Below are positions 52,553 to 61,646 of a stretch of DNA of 64,000 bases, in pieces. Location: assembly GCA_963726255.1 (NCBI GenBank), contig CAVSBL010000002.1:1664001-1728000 (forward strand), read 5' to 3'. The notes under the pieces are model-generated. The model had not been told where the DNA came from. It worked only from the letters and a program-made list of their open reading frames with translations, and did not search any database. The stretch is from Candidatus Bathyarchaeota archaeon (GTDB lineage Archaea; Thermoproteota; Bathyarchaeia; 40CM-2-53-6). Both the position numbers and the translations under genes were made by a program. Positions within the stretch are counted from its first letter, which is position 1. Each line of letters starts with the position of its first letter.

Positions 52553-52822
52553 ATGAAACTAACTCGTATCCTAGAGGCCTCATTTTTCTTAACGGCCATC
52601 GTCCTGGTGATTTTGGTGGTCGGATTAAACTGTCTGCAGGGAGCACCGGGCTTGAAGTTAATCGGATTTCTCGAATGCGATTACGGCCTCACGTCTGCTG
52701 ATCTTCTGGTGAAGGTAGGGGCAACCGCCATTTTCGTGCTATTTCTAGTATTGCTCTTTGGCCCCATTCTCGCTTTCCTTGGACGCCTTGGGCATCGTAG
52801 GCACTCAAGACGTTCAGTTTGA
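52553..52822 (+). CDS. Small 2-TM membrane protein
   Basis: Two hydrophobic segments, a Cys pair in the loop and a basic C-terminus. Confidence 0.55.
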   Translation: MKLTRILEASFFLTAIVLVILVVGLNCLQGAPGLKLIGFLECDYGLTSADLLVKVGATAIFVLFLVLLFGPILAFLGRLGHRRHSRRSV

Positions 52823-52843
52823 TTTTGTGCAGAGGAATCGAAA

Positions 52844-53647
52844 ACGTCGACTCAACCTTATCAGACATTGCGCTATGAGAAATCGGATCACATCGCTACT
52901 ATAACCTTGAATCGACCTGACGTGCTTAACGCAGTAAATGAAACGATGGGTAAAGAGCTCCTTGATGCGCTACGTGGCGCCGAACGGGATGATGAGATTC
53001 GATGCGTCATCATGACGGGAAACGGGCGAGCCTTCTGTGCTGGAGAAGATATTCAAGACCTACGCGGGCAGTACGAGAGGGGAGAGAACCCCAAACTCGG
53101 AGAGAGGCTTCTACATAAGTACAATCCAATTGTCCGCCAAATTCGCCGCATGCAGAAACCTGTAATCGCAGCCGTGAACGGCGTGGCGGCAGGAGGAGGA
53201 GCTGGAATAGCATACTCATGCGACATTCGGGTCGCATCCGACAACGCTAAGTTCATACAAGCCTTCATCAGAGTTGGGCTCGCGCCTGATTCAGGAACAA
53301 GTTTCTTCCTCCCAAGACTTGCGGGCTTTGCAAAGGCTTTGGAATTATCCCTCACCGGAGACGAACTCACTAGCCGCGATGCGGAACGTCTAGGGGTAGT
53401 CTCCAAGGTGGTCCCAGAAGAACAGCTGATGGCGACAGCGTGCGAGTTAGGAACGAAGTTGGCACAGGGGCCTTTGAAAGCGATTGGCCTTACAAAGCGG
53501 GCCCTCAACAAGTCAATCTCAAGTGACCTGGAAACAGTTTTGGAATACGAGAGCTATCTGCAGGAGATAGCCGGCGCTACAGCTGACCATATCGAAGCGG
53601 TTAGGGCCTTCTTCGGGAAAAGGAAACCAATCTTCAAGGGAAAGTGA
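52844..53647 (+). CDS. Crotonase-family isomerase (PaaG-like; apparent ACG start)
   Basis: GRAFCAG.D, NGVAAG.G, F.QAF..VGL.PDSG. The conserved N-terminal 'PYQTL' lies upstream of TTG 52868. Confidence 0.88.
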   Translation, partial: TSTQPYQTLRYEKSDHIATITLNRPDVLNAVNETMGKELLDALRGAERDDEIRCVIMTGNGRAFCAGEDIQDLRGQYERGENPKLGERLLHKYNPIVRQIRRMQKPVIAAVNGVAAGGGAGIAYSCDIRVASDNAKFIQAFIRVGLAPDSGTSFFLPRLAGFAKALELSLTGDELTSRDAERLGVVSKVVPEEQLMATACELGTKLAQGPLKAIGLTKRALNKSISSDLETVLEYESYLQEIAGATADHIEAVRAFFGKRKPIFKGK

Positions 53648-53655
53648 ATAGGAGC

Positions 53656-54642
53656 CTAGAAGGGCGTAGCAATAGGCTCGTCCGCGCGAACATCGACCTC
53701 TTCTCCTTCCAAGTCTATCTCATGGATGGCGGGGATTGGGATTCCCAATTTTTCCACTTGTTCCCTTCGCCTCTCGATCGCTTTCAACCAACCCTTGGAC
53801 TTCTCTTGCATAGTAGGTACGCCTAACCCCGAGTTTCTAGCCACCCCTTCCATCTCCTGATCAACTTCGTCGAAGTCTTTCGGCAAATGCCAGAAAACAG
53901 GCATTGGCTTGTATAGCAGGGGAGATAGGAAGATGAAACCGTGTTTCATCTGTCTAGTAATCATCAGTTTTTGGTCTTCTTTGAAATCTCTTGCCAAGTT
54001 CTCCAGTAAAGACAGCGTCCCTGCTAGATGGCGTGACTCGTCGACCGTAACGTTCTGGAAGGCTTCCTTGTAGAGTTTGATGTTCGAGAGTTCGCTTACC
54101 GTGTTGAAGATCAATTGCGCGCCTATTTCGGCAAAGAAGAAACTTGAGAAGATTAATTCTAATGGGTATTTATCCCAGGCTTTCATGAAGCCGTTCCAGT
54201 ACCGTCGCCCATTATCATACAACGCTAGAATATTCTTCAGAGCCCTCTTCTCGAAATCTGTCGTGGCATTGTACTTGTATGGAAAGTTCGGGCAGAGCTT
54301 ATTGCAAGCTCGCCGGCAAACTTCGTCGTGCCTGCACTCATCAAACGTCACGGCGGCCAGGAACTTCTTCGTAGGGTCTTCCATGTCGGACATAGCTGCC
54401 TTTAGCATAGCCGTTCCAAATGCTCCGATTCCGGATTTTTCGAAAAGGGCCAATTTGGCCATCCAGTAGGCCTGCGCGACTCGCTCTTTGAGGTCCAGAC
54501 CCGACGGGTCCAATGAATCCCATGCTAATGTGACAGGGCTCCAGTCTTGTACGAAAGATTGCTCGTAGGTACGAAGTAATTGCTGCGTCTTAACGGTCCA
54601 GTTCCCGGGGAATATGTTTGGTTCGCCCGAAGACGTTGACAT
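53656..54642 (-). CDS. Ferritin-like diiron-carboxylate protein
   Basis: E...DECRH...E...DESRH duplicated ligand set typical of the R2/AurF/desaturase superfamily. Confidence 0.75.
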   Translation of the reverse strand: MSTSSGEPNIFPGNWTVKTQQLLRTYEQSFVQDWSPVTLAWDSLDPSGLDLKERVAQAYWMAKLALFEKSGIGAFGTAMLKAAMSDMEDPTKKFLAAVTFDECRHDEVCRRACNKLCPNFPYKYNATTDFEKRALKNILALYDNGRRYWNGFMKAWDKYPLELIFSSFFFAEIGAQLIFNTVSELSNIKLYKEAFQNVTVDESRHLAGTLSLLENLARDFKEDQKLMITRQMKHGFIFLSPLLYKPMPVFWHLPKDFDEVDQEMEGVARNSGLGVPTMQEKSKGWLKAIERRREQVEKLGIPIPAIHEIDLEGEEVDVRADEPIATPF

Positions 54643-55060
54643 GCAAACCATGCTACGGGAAAACGGGAAGGCCTTTAAGTATTCCGTAGAAAAGTGAGGG
54701 AAATTTCCGTTCAGTTCTGTAGCTCTATCTTCTTCAATGGTATACTTTCTTTTTCACAGAACTCCTTGAGGTTATGCACGATTGAGCTCCGTTCGAGATA
54801 CCAAAAGCTCTCTAGGGCACAGAGTACGAAGCTAAAGGCTAGAAGACCAAAGTGAACTCTGCTCTCACCGGTGTTCGTAGTCAACTTACATTCGATCCTG
54901 CTACATGTGGCATTTGTGTCCTATTGAAAGCTACAGGCTGTTTTGTCGTTCTGTTTAAGCACTATTTGCATTCACCAAACCCAACCTCTTAGTCTCTCGT
55001 TTGATTCGGCCGATAATGCTAATTACAAATGAAGATGAGCGTGTGGCTAGGTGCACACAA

Positions 55061-56425
55061 CTGTCTTCTCTCCAAGGGTTAAGCTTCGAAGAAGCCCCTC
55101 GGATGATAGTAAAACCCCCGGGGCCCAAGTCGAAGGAACTCCTAGCGAAACAATCAGCACTCGAGACTAGAGCTGTGATTTACAGCAAGGCATTCCCCTT
55201 TGCCATTGACTCAGCCAAGGGTGCCACGATAAAAGACGTCGACGGGAACGTCTACATCGATTGGGTCAGCGGTATCAGCGTACTCAACCTAGGACACAAC
55301 AACCCGACCATCAGCGCAGCAGTGAAGGCGCAAATGGACCGTATCTGGCACTCGCTCGAGATTCCGACTGAAACCAGGATCGGCTTCTTGGAGAGAATGC
55401 ATTCCCTCCTACCCGGTAACCTTCGCGGACGCGCGAAAATTCTGTTTACCGTTACAGGTGGAGATGCATGTGAAGCAGCAGTGAGTCTCGCTAGGTACGT
55501 TAGTGGGAAGAGAACAGTAGTCGCGTTCGAAGGAGCATACCACGGCGTCCACCAGGGCATCGTGGGGGCAACTGCTAGCCGGCAATACCTCTCTACTTCA
55601 GGTACTGTGAGGTACGGTGTGTTTCACCTTCCGTATCCTTACCCATACCGGTTCCCGCTCCCCGTCGAAAAGAAAGGTGACGAGGCGAAGGTTGTTCTGA
55701 GATACCTTGAACATCTGTTGAGGGACTCCCATTCCGGCCTCGACGATACTGGCGCTATTTTGGTTGAACCCATTCAAGGTGAAGGAGGGTACATTGTTCC
55801 CCCAAACGACTTCCTCCCCGGCCTGAGGGAAATCGCCGATAGGTTCCAGATTCCTTTGATACTTGACGAAGTGCAAACAGGGTTTGGAAGAACTGGACAC
55901 TTTTGGGGATGTGAGCTGACAGACACCTCACCAGACATTATGTGTGTATCCAAATCAGTTGGGGCAGGTATTCCACTCTCGTTAATTGCATATCGTGACG
56001 AATACGACACCAATCTTCCCGAAGCCTTTCACCTCGGAACGTACAGGGGCAACCCGATAGCTTTGGCCGCAGGCTCTGCAAGCATCGATTTCATCCAACA
56101 AACGAATCTACTCAGCAGGGTGCAACAACTGGGAAAGAAGACCATCTCGCGGTTCGAGCAGATTGCAAAGACGAGTGACAATGTAGGAGAAGTGAGGGGG
56201 GTAGGCTTCATGATTGGTAATGAGTTCGTGAATTCAATGGAAACAAAAGTACCTTCGAAAGACTTGGCCGTCAATCTGCGAAAAACGATGTTTGAGAAGG
56301 GGCTTCTAATGCACACGTGTGGTCACTTTGGAAACGTACTTCGTTTCATGGCTCCGTTGATCATCAGCGAACAACTACTCGACAAGGGACTGGAAATATA
56401 CGCCGCGGCCGTAAAGGGAAACTAA
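55061..56425 (+). CDS. Class III aminotransferase (4-aminobutyrate/diaminobutyrate-like)
   Basis: PPGPKS, DVDGN.Y.D...G, F.G.YHG, EPIQGEGG, DEVQTGFGRTG, SKS.G.G, GTY.GNP. Start uncertain (CTG 55061, GTG 55043 or upstream). Confidence 0.9.
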   Translation: MSSLQGLSFEEAPRMIVKPPGPKSKELLAKQSALETRAVIYSKAFPFAIDSAKGATIKDVDGNVYIDWVSGISVLNLGHNNPTISAAVKAQMDRIWHSLEIPTETRIGFLERMHSLLPGNLRGRAKILFTVTGGDACEAAVSLARYVSGKRTVVAFEGAYHGVHQGIVGATASRQYLSTSGTVRYGVFHLPYPYPYRFPLPVEKKGDEAKVVLRYLEHLLRDSHSGLDDTGAILVEPIQGEGGYIVPPNDFLPGLREIADRFQIPLILDEVQTGFGRTGHFWGCELTDTSPDIMCVSKSVGAGIPLSLIAYRDEYDTNLPEAFHLGTYRGNPIALAAGSASIDFIQQTNLLSRVQQLGKKTISRFEQIAKTSDNVGEVRGVGFMIGNEFVNSMETKVPSKDLAVNLRKTMFEKGLLMHTCGHFGNVLRFMAPLIISEQLLDKGLEIYAAAVKGN

Positions 56426-56460
56426 GCTTTCCAGTTTGCCCGGCGAGTGACTTGTTCGCC

Positions 56461-57231
56461 CTAGTGGAGCGTACTACCGCCGTCGAGGACTATGGTCTGC
56501 CCATTTAGGAACGAGGAATCATCCGAACAAAGGAACGCGAGTGTCTTCGCTATTTCTTCAGGCCTTCCGAAACGTTTGACCAGGTTGTCACTCCGTTCCT
56601 TTCTCAACTCTTCCTGGGTTAGTTCGCTCACCCATTCTGTTTCAACGTTTCCTAGGGCGATCGTGTTCACTCGAACGTAGGGCGCGAGTTCGAACGCTAA
56701 GGCTTTTGTTAGGCCTAGGATAGCGGCCTTGGCAACAGTGAAAGCGAAACCTTTGTCGTGGCCGCTCAACGCTGGTGTCGAACTCACATTCACTATGACG
56801 CCGCTTTTCTGCTTTAGAAAATGCTGCGCAACGGCTCGGGCGCAGAGGAAAGAACCGAAAAGATCCACGTTAATCGGCTTATAGAAATCCTCGGGTGTGA
56901 GTTCCATGAACCGTTTGTTCCATTCACCCCTGGCAGGGTAGCCGGCTAAGTTTAGTAGCACGTCAACTTTCCCAAACTCCTTGATGGCTCCGTTTACCAT
57001 GCCTTGAACCTCACCTGGTGCAACTAAGACATTAGTGAAGTCTACGTGTGCAAGGATGGACTTCTTCCCCAAAGCCGCCAGCTTGCTCGCAACCGCTTCC
57101 ACTTCATCTATCCTAGACATGTACTGCAAGACAACGTTCGCACCTTCACTTGCGAATTCAAGTGCCGCCGCCCGTCCGATCCCTCCGCTCGCTCCCGTGA
57201 TGATGGCAACTTTGCCAGACAACCTCGACAT
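56461..57231 (-). CDS. Short-chain dehydrogenase/reductase
   Basis: ITGASGGIG, NVSS, LDGG. The catalytic YxxxK position reads FTVAK. Confidence 0.88.
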   Translation of the reverse strand: MSRLSGKVAIITGASGGIGRAAALEFASEGANVVLQYMSRIDEVEAVASKLAALGKKSILAHVDFTNVLVAPGEVQGMVNGAIKEFGKVDVLLNLAGYPARGEWNKRFMELTPEDFYKPINVDLFGSFLCARAVAQHFLKQKSGVIVNVSSTPALSGHDKGFAFTVAKAAILGLTKALAFELAPYVRVNTIALGNVETEWVSELTQEELRKERSDNLVKRFGRPEEIAKTLAFLCSDDSSFLNGQTIVLDGGSTLH

Positions 57232-57252
57232 TGCTAACGCCTCTAACTGCGC

Positions 57253-57714
57253 ATGAACGCCATAAGACAGCTAAATGTCCCTCGTTCTGATCGACGGCCT
57301 TCTTTTCCGAACGTGTTTGTGCGGTTTCGGCAACAGGCTTATGTGCACGGGATTGGGCAAGTTAAGTTAAGAGAGGCCAAAACCTCGCCCACTATTGAGC
57401 AGCTCACTCGCTCCCACATGAGAATTCCGGTACTGGTCTATGAGCGAGTAAAGACCGCACAGTACTTGCGCTTCATCAAACGGCATAGAGAGAGGCTAGT
57501 TTTTGCTGGGCGATTGGATGTACTTGGAATATTGCTTGTCGGATTCACTGGCTATCTGTACGTCTCGGGGACGAAGTACGGTTCCCTCGTGTTCAATGGG
57601 CTATTGGAAATCTTGACCACCGCGAAATTAGATGACAGACTCTACCGGATAACAGACTGGCGGCAGAAGAAAGGCCAATTGATGGTTTACGTTTCTCGTA
57701 GGTTAGGTCCGTAG
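57253..57714 (+). CDS. Doubtful hypothetical ORF
   Basis: Longest ORF in the gap, no recognisable motif. Confidence 0.25.
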   Translation: MNAIRQLNVPRSDRRPSFPNVFVRFRQQAYVHGIGQVKLREAKTSPTIEQLTRSHMRIPVLVYERVKTAQYLRFIKRHRERLVFAGRLDVLGILLVGFTGYLYVSGTKYGSLVFNGLLEILTTAKLDDRLYRITDWRQKKGQLMVYVSRRLGP

Positions 57715-57838
57715 TTCCAGACCGGTTCGGAATGCGGAATCGTGTACGATAGGAGCCTGACTGAATTCGGTGAGATAGCCCTCGTTCCCACACGGAATAA
57801 AGGCCGAGAGAGCCTCCTTAGCCCCCGATGCAGTTCTG

Positions 57839-57937
57839 TTAAGTTGACGGGGGTTCAGCATCCTTGTTAACCTTCGGGTGTTGGCTCGCATTCTGAATTA
57901 GAGTCAGCCGCTTGTTTTCGCCTTCAACTTTGATGCC
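57839..57937 (-). pseudogene. Transposase C-terminal remnant (32 codons)
   Basis: GIKVEGENKRLTLIQNAS aligns with GIEVKGEDKWLTLIQNAA of the 41605-41859 fragment. The stop codon lies in the TIR. Confidence 0.85.
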
Positions 57938-57949
57938 CCCTCTCTTTTC

Positions 57950-58204
57950 TTATTTCTTACCTTCTTTACCTGCTACATACGCGAGAGCGAAACCGGAAAT
58001 GGTGAGACCGAAAGCGGAAATAGCGCTCAGACCTGCCAGAAACATGAGCGGCTGATATGCCAGGAACATGAGAAGCTTGGATGTGCAGCCAAAGCTGTAT
58101 ATGCAGTCAGATGCGGCGCGTGCTAGGACAATAAGAAGCAAAGGCACAACCAACATGACGAAAAGTCCCACGTATATCAAACCGTGAACCTTCTTGAACG
58201 GCAA
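57950..58204 (-). CDS. Small 2-TM cargo protein, 84 aa
   Basis: TTG start 8 nt after GGGTGA. Two hydrophobic segments, loop CIYSFGC, Lys-rich end. Confidence 0.65.
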   Translation of the reverse strand: MPFKKVHGLIYVGLFVMLVVPLLLIVLARAASDCIYSFGCTSKLLMFLAYQPLMFLAGLSAISAFGLTISGFALAYVAGKEGKK

Positions 58205-58312
58205 AGAACATATCACCCGACGCTTAACAGTCAAACCAATACCCAACAACTTAACAGAACCCCCGATGCCAAATGCTTTAAGCAATTAGCGCGGTACCGT
58301 CGAGAGGGTTTC

Positions 58313-58411
58313 GTGGTAGAAGAAAAACCGGAAGCAAGTAGCGACGAATTGGACGACGAGTATTTGCCAGCTTGCTGCCGCAATGGTCGAGCACACACTC
58401 ACCCGGTATAG
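58313..58411 (+). CDS. Candidate 32-aa acidic Cys/His microprotein
   Basis: TATA CTTTAAG near 58277, GAGAGGG, GTG start. Sequence MVEEKPEASSDELDDEYLPACCRNGRAHTHPV. Confidence 0.4.
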   Translation: MVEEKPEASSDELDDEYLPACCRNGRAHTHPV

Positions 58412-58439
58412 ACGTTTGGTATCGAACTGGTTATTTCCG

Positions 58440-58883
58440 TTAGACCCGACGCTCGTCTAGCGAAGTAGCGTTCGGTACAATAAGAGCGTAACACAGGTTT
58501 CCGTTCGCCAGTTTCGTAGGATTCAACTTCAGTTTCATTCCAATGTTGATCCGATCTTCAGGCACGGTTTTGTCTATCCAAGCGAAGACCTTCGGGCCCT
58601 CGGGTAATTCTGCTAGTCCTAGGAGGTAGGGTGCTTCCTCTTTGAACATGGAAGGGGTCGCCTCCACCTTGGTGTATGTAATCAGCACGCAGTCTCCAGC
58701 AAGTTCCTTCCATTCAAAACTGCTCGAGAGGCATCTTACGCAGTGTGCTCGCGGAGGGAACTGAACGCAACCACATTCCTTGCATTCGGTCCCGTAGATT
58801 TTTCCTTCCTGCAAATAATCTACGAATTTCGATATCCTAGTCTGACTAGCGTAGGATACCCATCCAAACCTCTCAAAACCCAA
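58440..58883 (-). CDS. DUF35-type Zn-ribbon/OB-fold protein (thiolase partner)
   Basis: C..CG...FPPR..C..C, PY..GL.EL.EG. TTG start after GGAGGT. Directly downstream of the thiolase. Confidence 0.88.
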   Translation of the reverse strand: MGFERFGWVSYASQTRISKFVDYLQEGKIYGTECKECGCVQFPPRAHCVRCLSSSFEWKELAGDCVLITYTKVEATPSMFKEEAPYLLGLAELPEGPKVFAWIDKTVPEDRINIGMKLKLNPTKLANGNLCYALIVPNATSLDERRV

Positions 58884-58908
58884 CTGCTCTAGACCTCCGA
58901 ACGCGAAA

Positions 58909-60060
58909 TCATTTTGCAGTAAGCACAGTGCAAACGGCGTACATTCCGATTCCTCCAATGTTGTGAGCCAACCCTACTTTTGCTTTCGGAACCTGGTTGG
59001 GGCCAGCCTCGTTGCGTAGTTGTCTCACTATCGAGATTATGTGCGAAGCTCCGGTTGCTCCAACGGGGTGGCCTTTCGCCAGCAATCCCCCATCCACATT
59101 TACAGGTATTTTTCCTCCGATGTAGGTTTGGCCGTCTGCGATGAACTTCCCGCCTTCGCCTTTTCTGCAGAATCCTAGGTCTTCGTAGTTGATGATTTCA
59201 GCTGAACTGAAACTATCATGCACTTCGGCAACATCAATATCGCGGGCGGTTACCTTCGCCATCTTGTACGCTTGTTTTACAGCTTGAACACTGCATTCGA
59301 AACTGGCAAATTCATTCCTGTTTGTGAGGGACATTGGGCTCGAGGCTAAGCCTAATCCAGTTATCCAGACGGGTGAATTGGTAATCTTTCGTGCCTTCTC
59401 TCCGCCCGCTAGAATAATGCATGCCGCGCCGTCTGCATTGGCGCAACAGTCATAGAGTTTGAGGGGGCTTGCGACAACGCGAGATTTCAAAACCTCCTCA
59501 ACCGTGAGCTCCTTTTGGAACATAGCGTACGGGTTCTTCACCCCATACTTGTGGTTCTTAACTGAGACCAGAGCGAACTGCTCTTCCGTCGTCCCATACC
59601 TGTTCATGTGGGCCCTCGCGTGCATCGCATAGTACGCCGGCATCGTCGGCCCAAATGGCGACTCCCACATGACATCGCCAGACCTGCTCATCACATCCTG
59701 CACCTCAGCAGCGTCAAGCTCAGTCATCTTCTGAAAGCCGACGACCGCTACAACATCGTGCAAGCCAGCTTGAACCATGGACCAGCCGACCCTTACCCCC
59801 ACGCCCGAAGAAGCACAGGCGGCCTCAACGTGAAACGTCGGAGTTGGGTTCAGACCTACATATTCAGCCATTATTCCAGCAGGAGAGCGTTGCTTGTCGT
59901 AATGCGATCCTGAACAAACTATGAGTGTTGAAATATCCTTCCTAGCTAGGCCGGCGTCGGAGAGGGCTTCCTTGAATGCGTCGGCCACAAGTTCCCGGCT
60001 TGAAGAATCAGAAAGCTTACCGAATTTAGTCTGCCCGATGCCAACTATTCCCACTCTCAT
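58909..60060 (-). CDS. Archaeal thiolase (acetyl-CoA C-acyltransferase)
   Basis: EAACASSG, KNH, SPL...DCC...DGA, EVHD.F, N.DGGL..KGHPVGATG, HNIGG. Confidence 0.92.
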   Translation of the reverse strand: MRVGIVGIGQTKFGKLSDSSSRELVADAFKEALSDAGLARKDISTLIVCSGSHYDKQRSPAGIMAEYVGLNPTPTFHVEAACASSGVGVRVGWSMVQAGLHDVVAVVGFQKMTELDAAEVQDVMSRSGDVMWESPFGPTMPAYYAMHARAHMNRYGTTEEQFALVSVKNHKYGVKNPYAMFQKELTVEEVLKSRVVASPLKLYDCCANADGAACIILAGGEKARKITNSPVWITGLGLASSPMSLTNRNEFASFECSVQAVKQAYKMAKVTARDIDVAEVHDSFSSAEIINYEDLGFCRKGEGGKFIADGQTYIGGKIPVNVDGGLLAKGHPVGATGASHIISIVRQLRNEAGPNQVPKAKVGLAHNIGGIGMYAVCTVLTAK

Positions 60061-60192
60061 TAACTTCGCCTTCTCAAAGCTACTTTAGTCAGGCCTGAGT
60101 AGGTAACTTATTGAGTTATTCTGAGTTAGTCTCAAAAAGGCTAACAACCTCTACATAGCTTACTCTACCGGAAAGCTTGGAATAGGGCACCC

Positions 60193-60552
60193 TTGATAGT
60201 CACGGAAGAACAGGGAAAGCAACGAATCCTTGGAGCTCTAGCAGACGAGTATTCAAGGAAAATTCTCACAGCGACCATTGAGGACCCTATGAGTGCTCTC
60301 GAACTGAGCAAGAAGTATGAGATACCAATTACGACTGTTTATCGACGCATCGAGGAATTAGTCGAAGCTGGGCTTCTGGCTGCGGTCAAGTCAGGCCGCA
60401 CAACCGACGGTAAGTGGTATGACCTGTATAGAAGCCTCCTAAGACGCATAGACGTAAGTTTCGAGAAGGGTGATGTTCGAATAGATGTAATAGTGAATGA
60501 GCACGTGGCGGACAGGTTCACCCGCATGTGGAGTTCGATTCCGCCAATTTAG
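60193..60552 (+). CDS. ArsR-like winged-helix regulator
   Basis: ALADEYSRKIL......MSA.ELS....IP.TTVYRRIEEL...GL. Confidence 0.85.
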   Translation: MIVTEEQGKQRILGALADEYSRKILTATIEDPMSALELSKKYEIPITTVYRRIEELVEAGLLAAVKSGRTTDGKWYDLYRSLLRRIDVSFEKGDVRIDVIVNEHVADRFTRMWSSIPPI

Positions 60553-60566
60553 CGAAAAGAACGTGC

Positions 60567-60854
60567 TTGCTCGAATTTACACAAGTATTCTGGACCGCAT
60601 CTATTGTGAAGGTTGTCGCCCTCTTTCTGGGAGCGTATATTGTCTATCTAGCCTACAGGGGCTACAGGAGAAATGCGAGCAAACCGTTGCTCTACGTTGC
60701 CCTAGGTTTTGGGCTTATAACGGCAGGCACTCTTCTCGAAGGCATAATGTTCGTGATATTGGGCTCCGATATTCTTGAGGCAATTGCGACAGGGACCGTG
60801 TTGATTGCTGTTGGTTTTGCCGCGATCATCTATTCGGTCCACGCTGTGAAATGA
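60567..60854 (+). CDS. Small 3-TM membrane protein paired with the wHTH regulator
   Basis: LAYRGYRR...L..ALGFGLI..G...EG ... GF..I.YS pattern, directly after the regulator. Confidence 0.75.
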   Translation: MLEFTQVFWTASIVKVVALFLGAYIVYLAYRGYRRNASKPLLYVALGFGLITAGTLLEGIMFVILGSDILEAIATGTVLIAVGFAAIIYSVHAVK

Positions 60855-60961
60855 AGGCTGATTAAATTCGTTCATGTCAGGTCGGAAGCATAACCTATAG
60901 TCGAGGTTGGCACTACGATAGGTATCCAGCATGACGCATACCGAAACGGTGCGATGTGTAC

Positions 60962-61498
60962 TTATTCTTCGCTTGCTAACTGGGTTCTTACGCAGATACA
61001 TTCGTCTTGGTAGCGTCCGCAACTAGGGCATCTTGGCCTACCAGTTAATGCTTCTATGCGGGGATTGGTAATGAGGCCTTGCACTTCCTCGGGTAGATTG
61101 GGTTCGTAGAAGATTCGGAGAACCCAGCGGGTAAGATCTTTCTCGGTGACGATGCCAACCAATCTATCATTCTCAACTACCGCAAGCCGCCTTACCCCTA
61201 GTTTGAGCATGAGTTCGAAAGTACGCCAAATCTCCATGTTCGGTGTAGTCGTTTGCAGAGGCCTCGACATGAGGCTGCGCACCGGAAGCCTAAGCAGGCT
61301 GTCTCCACGTAGTGCAGCCCTAGTTACATCGCGTTCAGTGATGATTCCAACGGGCTTCTGTTTGTCTACAACGACTACGCTTCCAATATCAAATTTGACC
61401 ATGAGCCGCAACGCTTCTTCCACTCGCTCGCTGATATCCACCGTAACGACCTTAGTCGTCATGATTCCAGAAAGAAACGCATGTTCCGGCTTGCTCAT
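60962..61498 (-). CDS. CBS-pair protein with C-terminal Cys cluster
   Basis: GIITERD and GIVTEKD CBS motifs. Tail CPSCGRYQDECIC. Confidence 0.85.
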   Translation of the reverse strand: MSKPEHAFLSGIMTTKVVTVDISERVEEALRLMVKFDIGSVVVVDKQKPVGIITERDVTRAALRGDSLLRLPVRSLMSRPLQTTTPNMEIWRTFELMLKLGVRRLAVVENDRLVGIVTEKDLTRWVLRIFYEPNLPEEVQGLITNPRIEALTGRPRCPSCGRYQDECICVRTQLASEE

Positions 61499-61646
61499 TG
61501 AAACCGAACAAATTTCGCAGCCGGGCGTATAATAGACGAGCCAACGATTACCAACAATGAGAACTGGCCTCGGTTTGAATAGGCGTTTTACCATTGCATT
61601 CTTCACGATAGTCCAGTCAAGTAGTTGTAAATGCGGGTAGTCTCCG

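Larger units (their letters stand above)
57832..58261. mobile_element. Miniature IS6-like element carrying one cargo gene (430 bp)
   Basis: TIRs AGTTCTGTTAAGTTG / GGTTCTGTTAAGTTG (14/15 match), perfect 8-bp TSD CCCGATGC (57824-57831, 58262-58269), transposase 3' remnant inside. Confidence 0.9.

Noticed and set aside
54713-54945. Third IS6-like mini-element (AGTTCTGTAGCT...AGCTACAG)
   Set aside because: The right end does not give a matching terminus and there is no clean 8-bp duplication.
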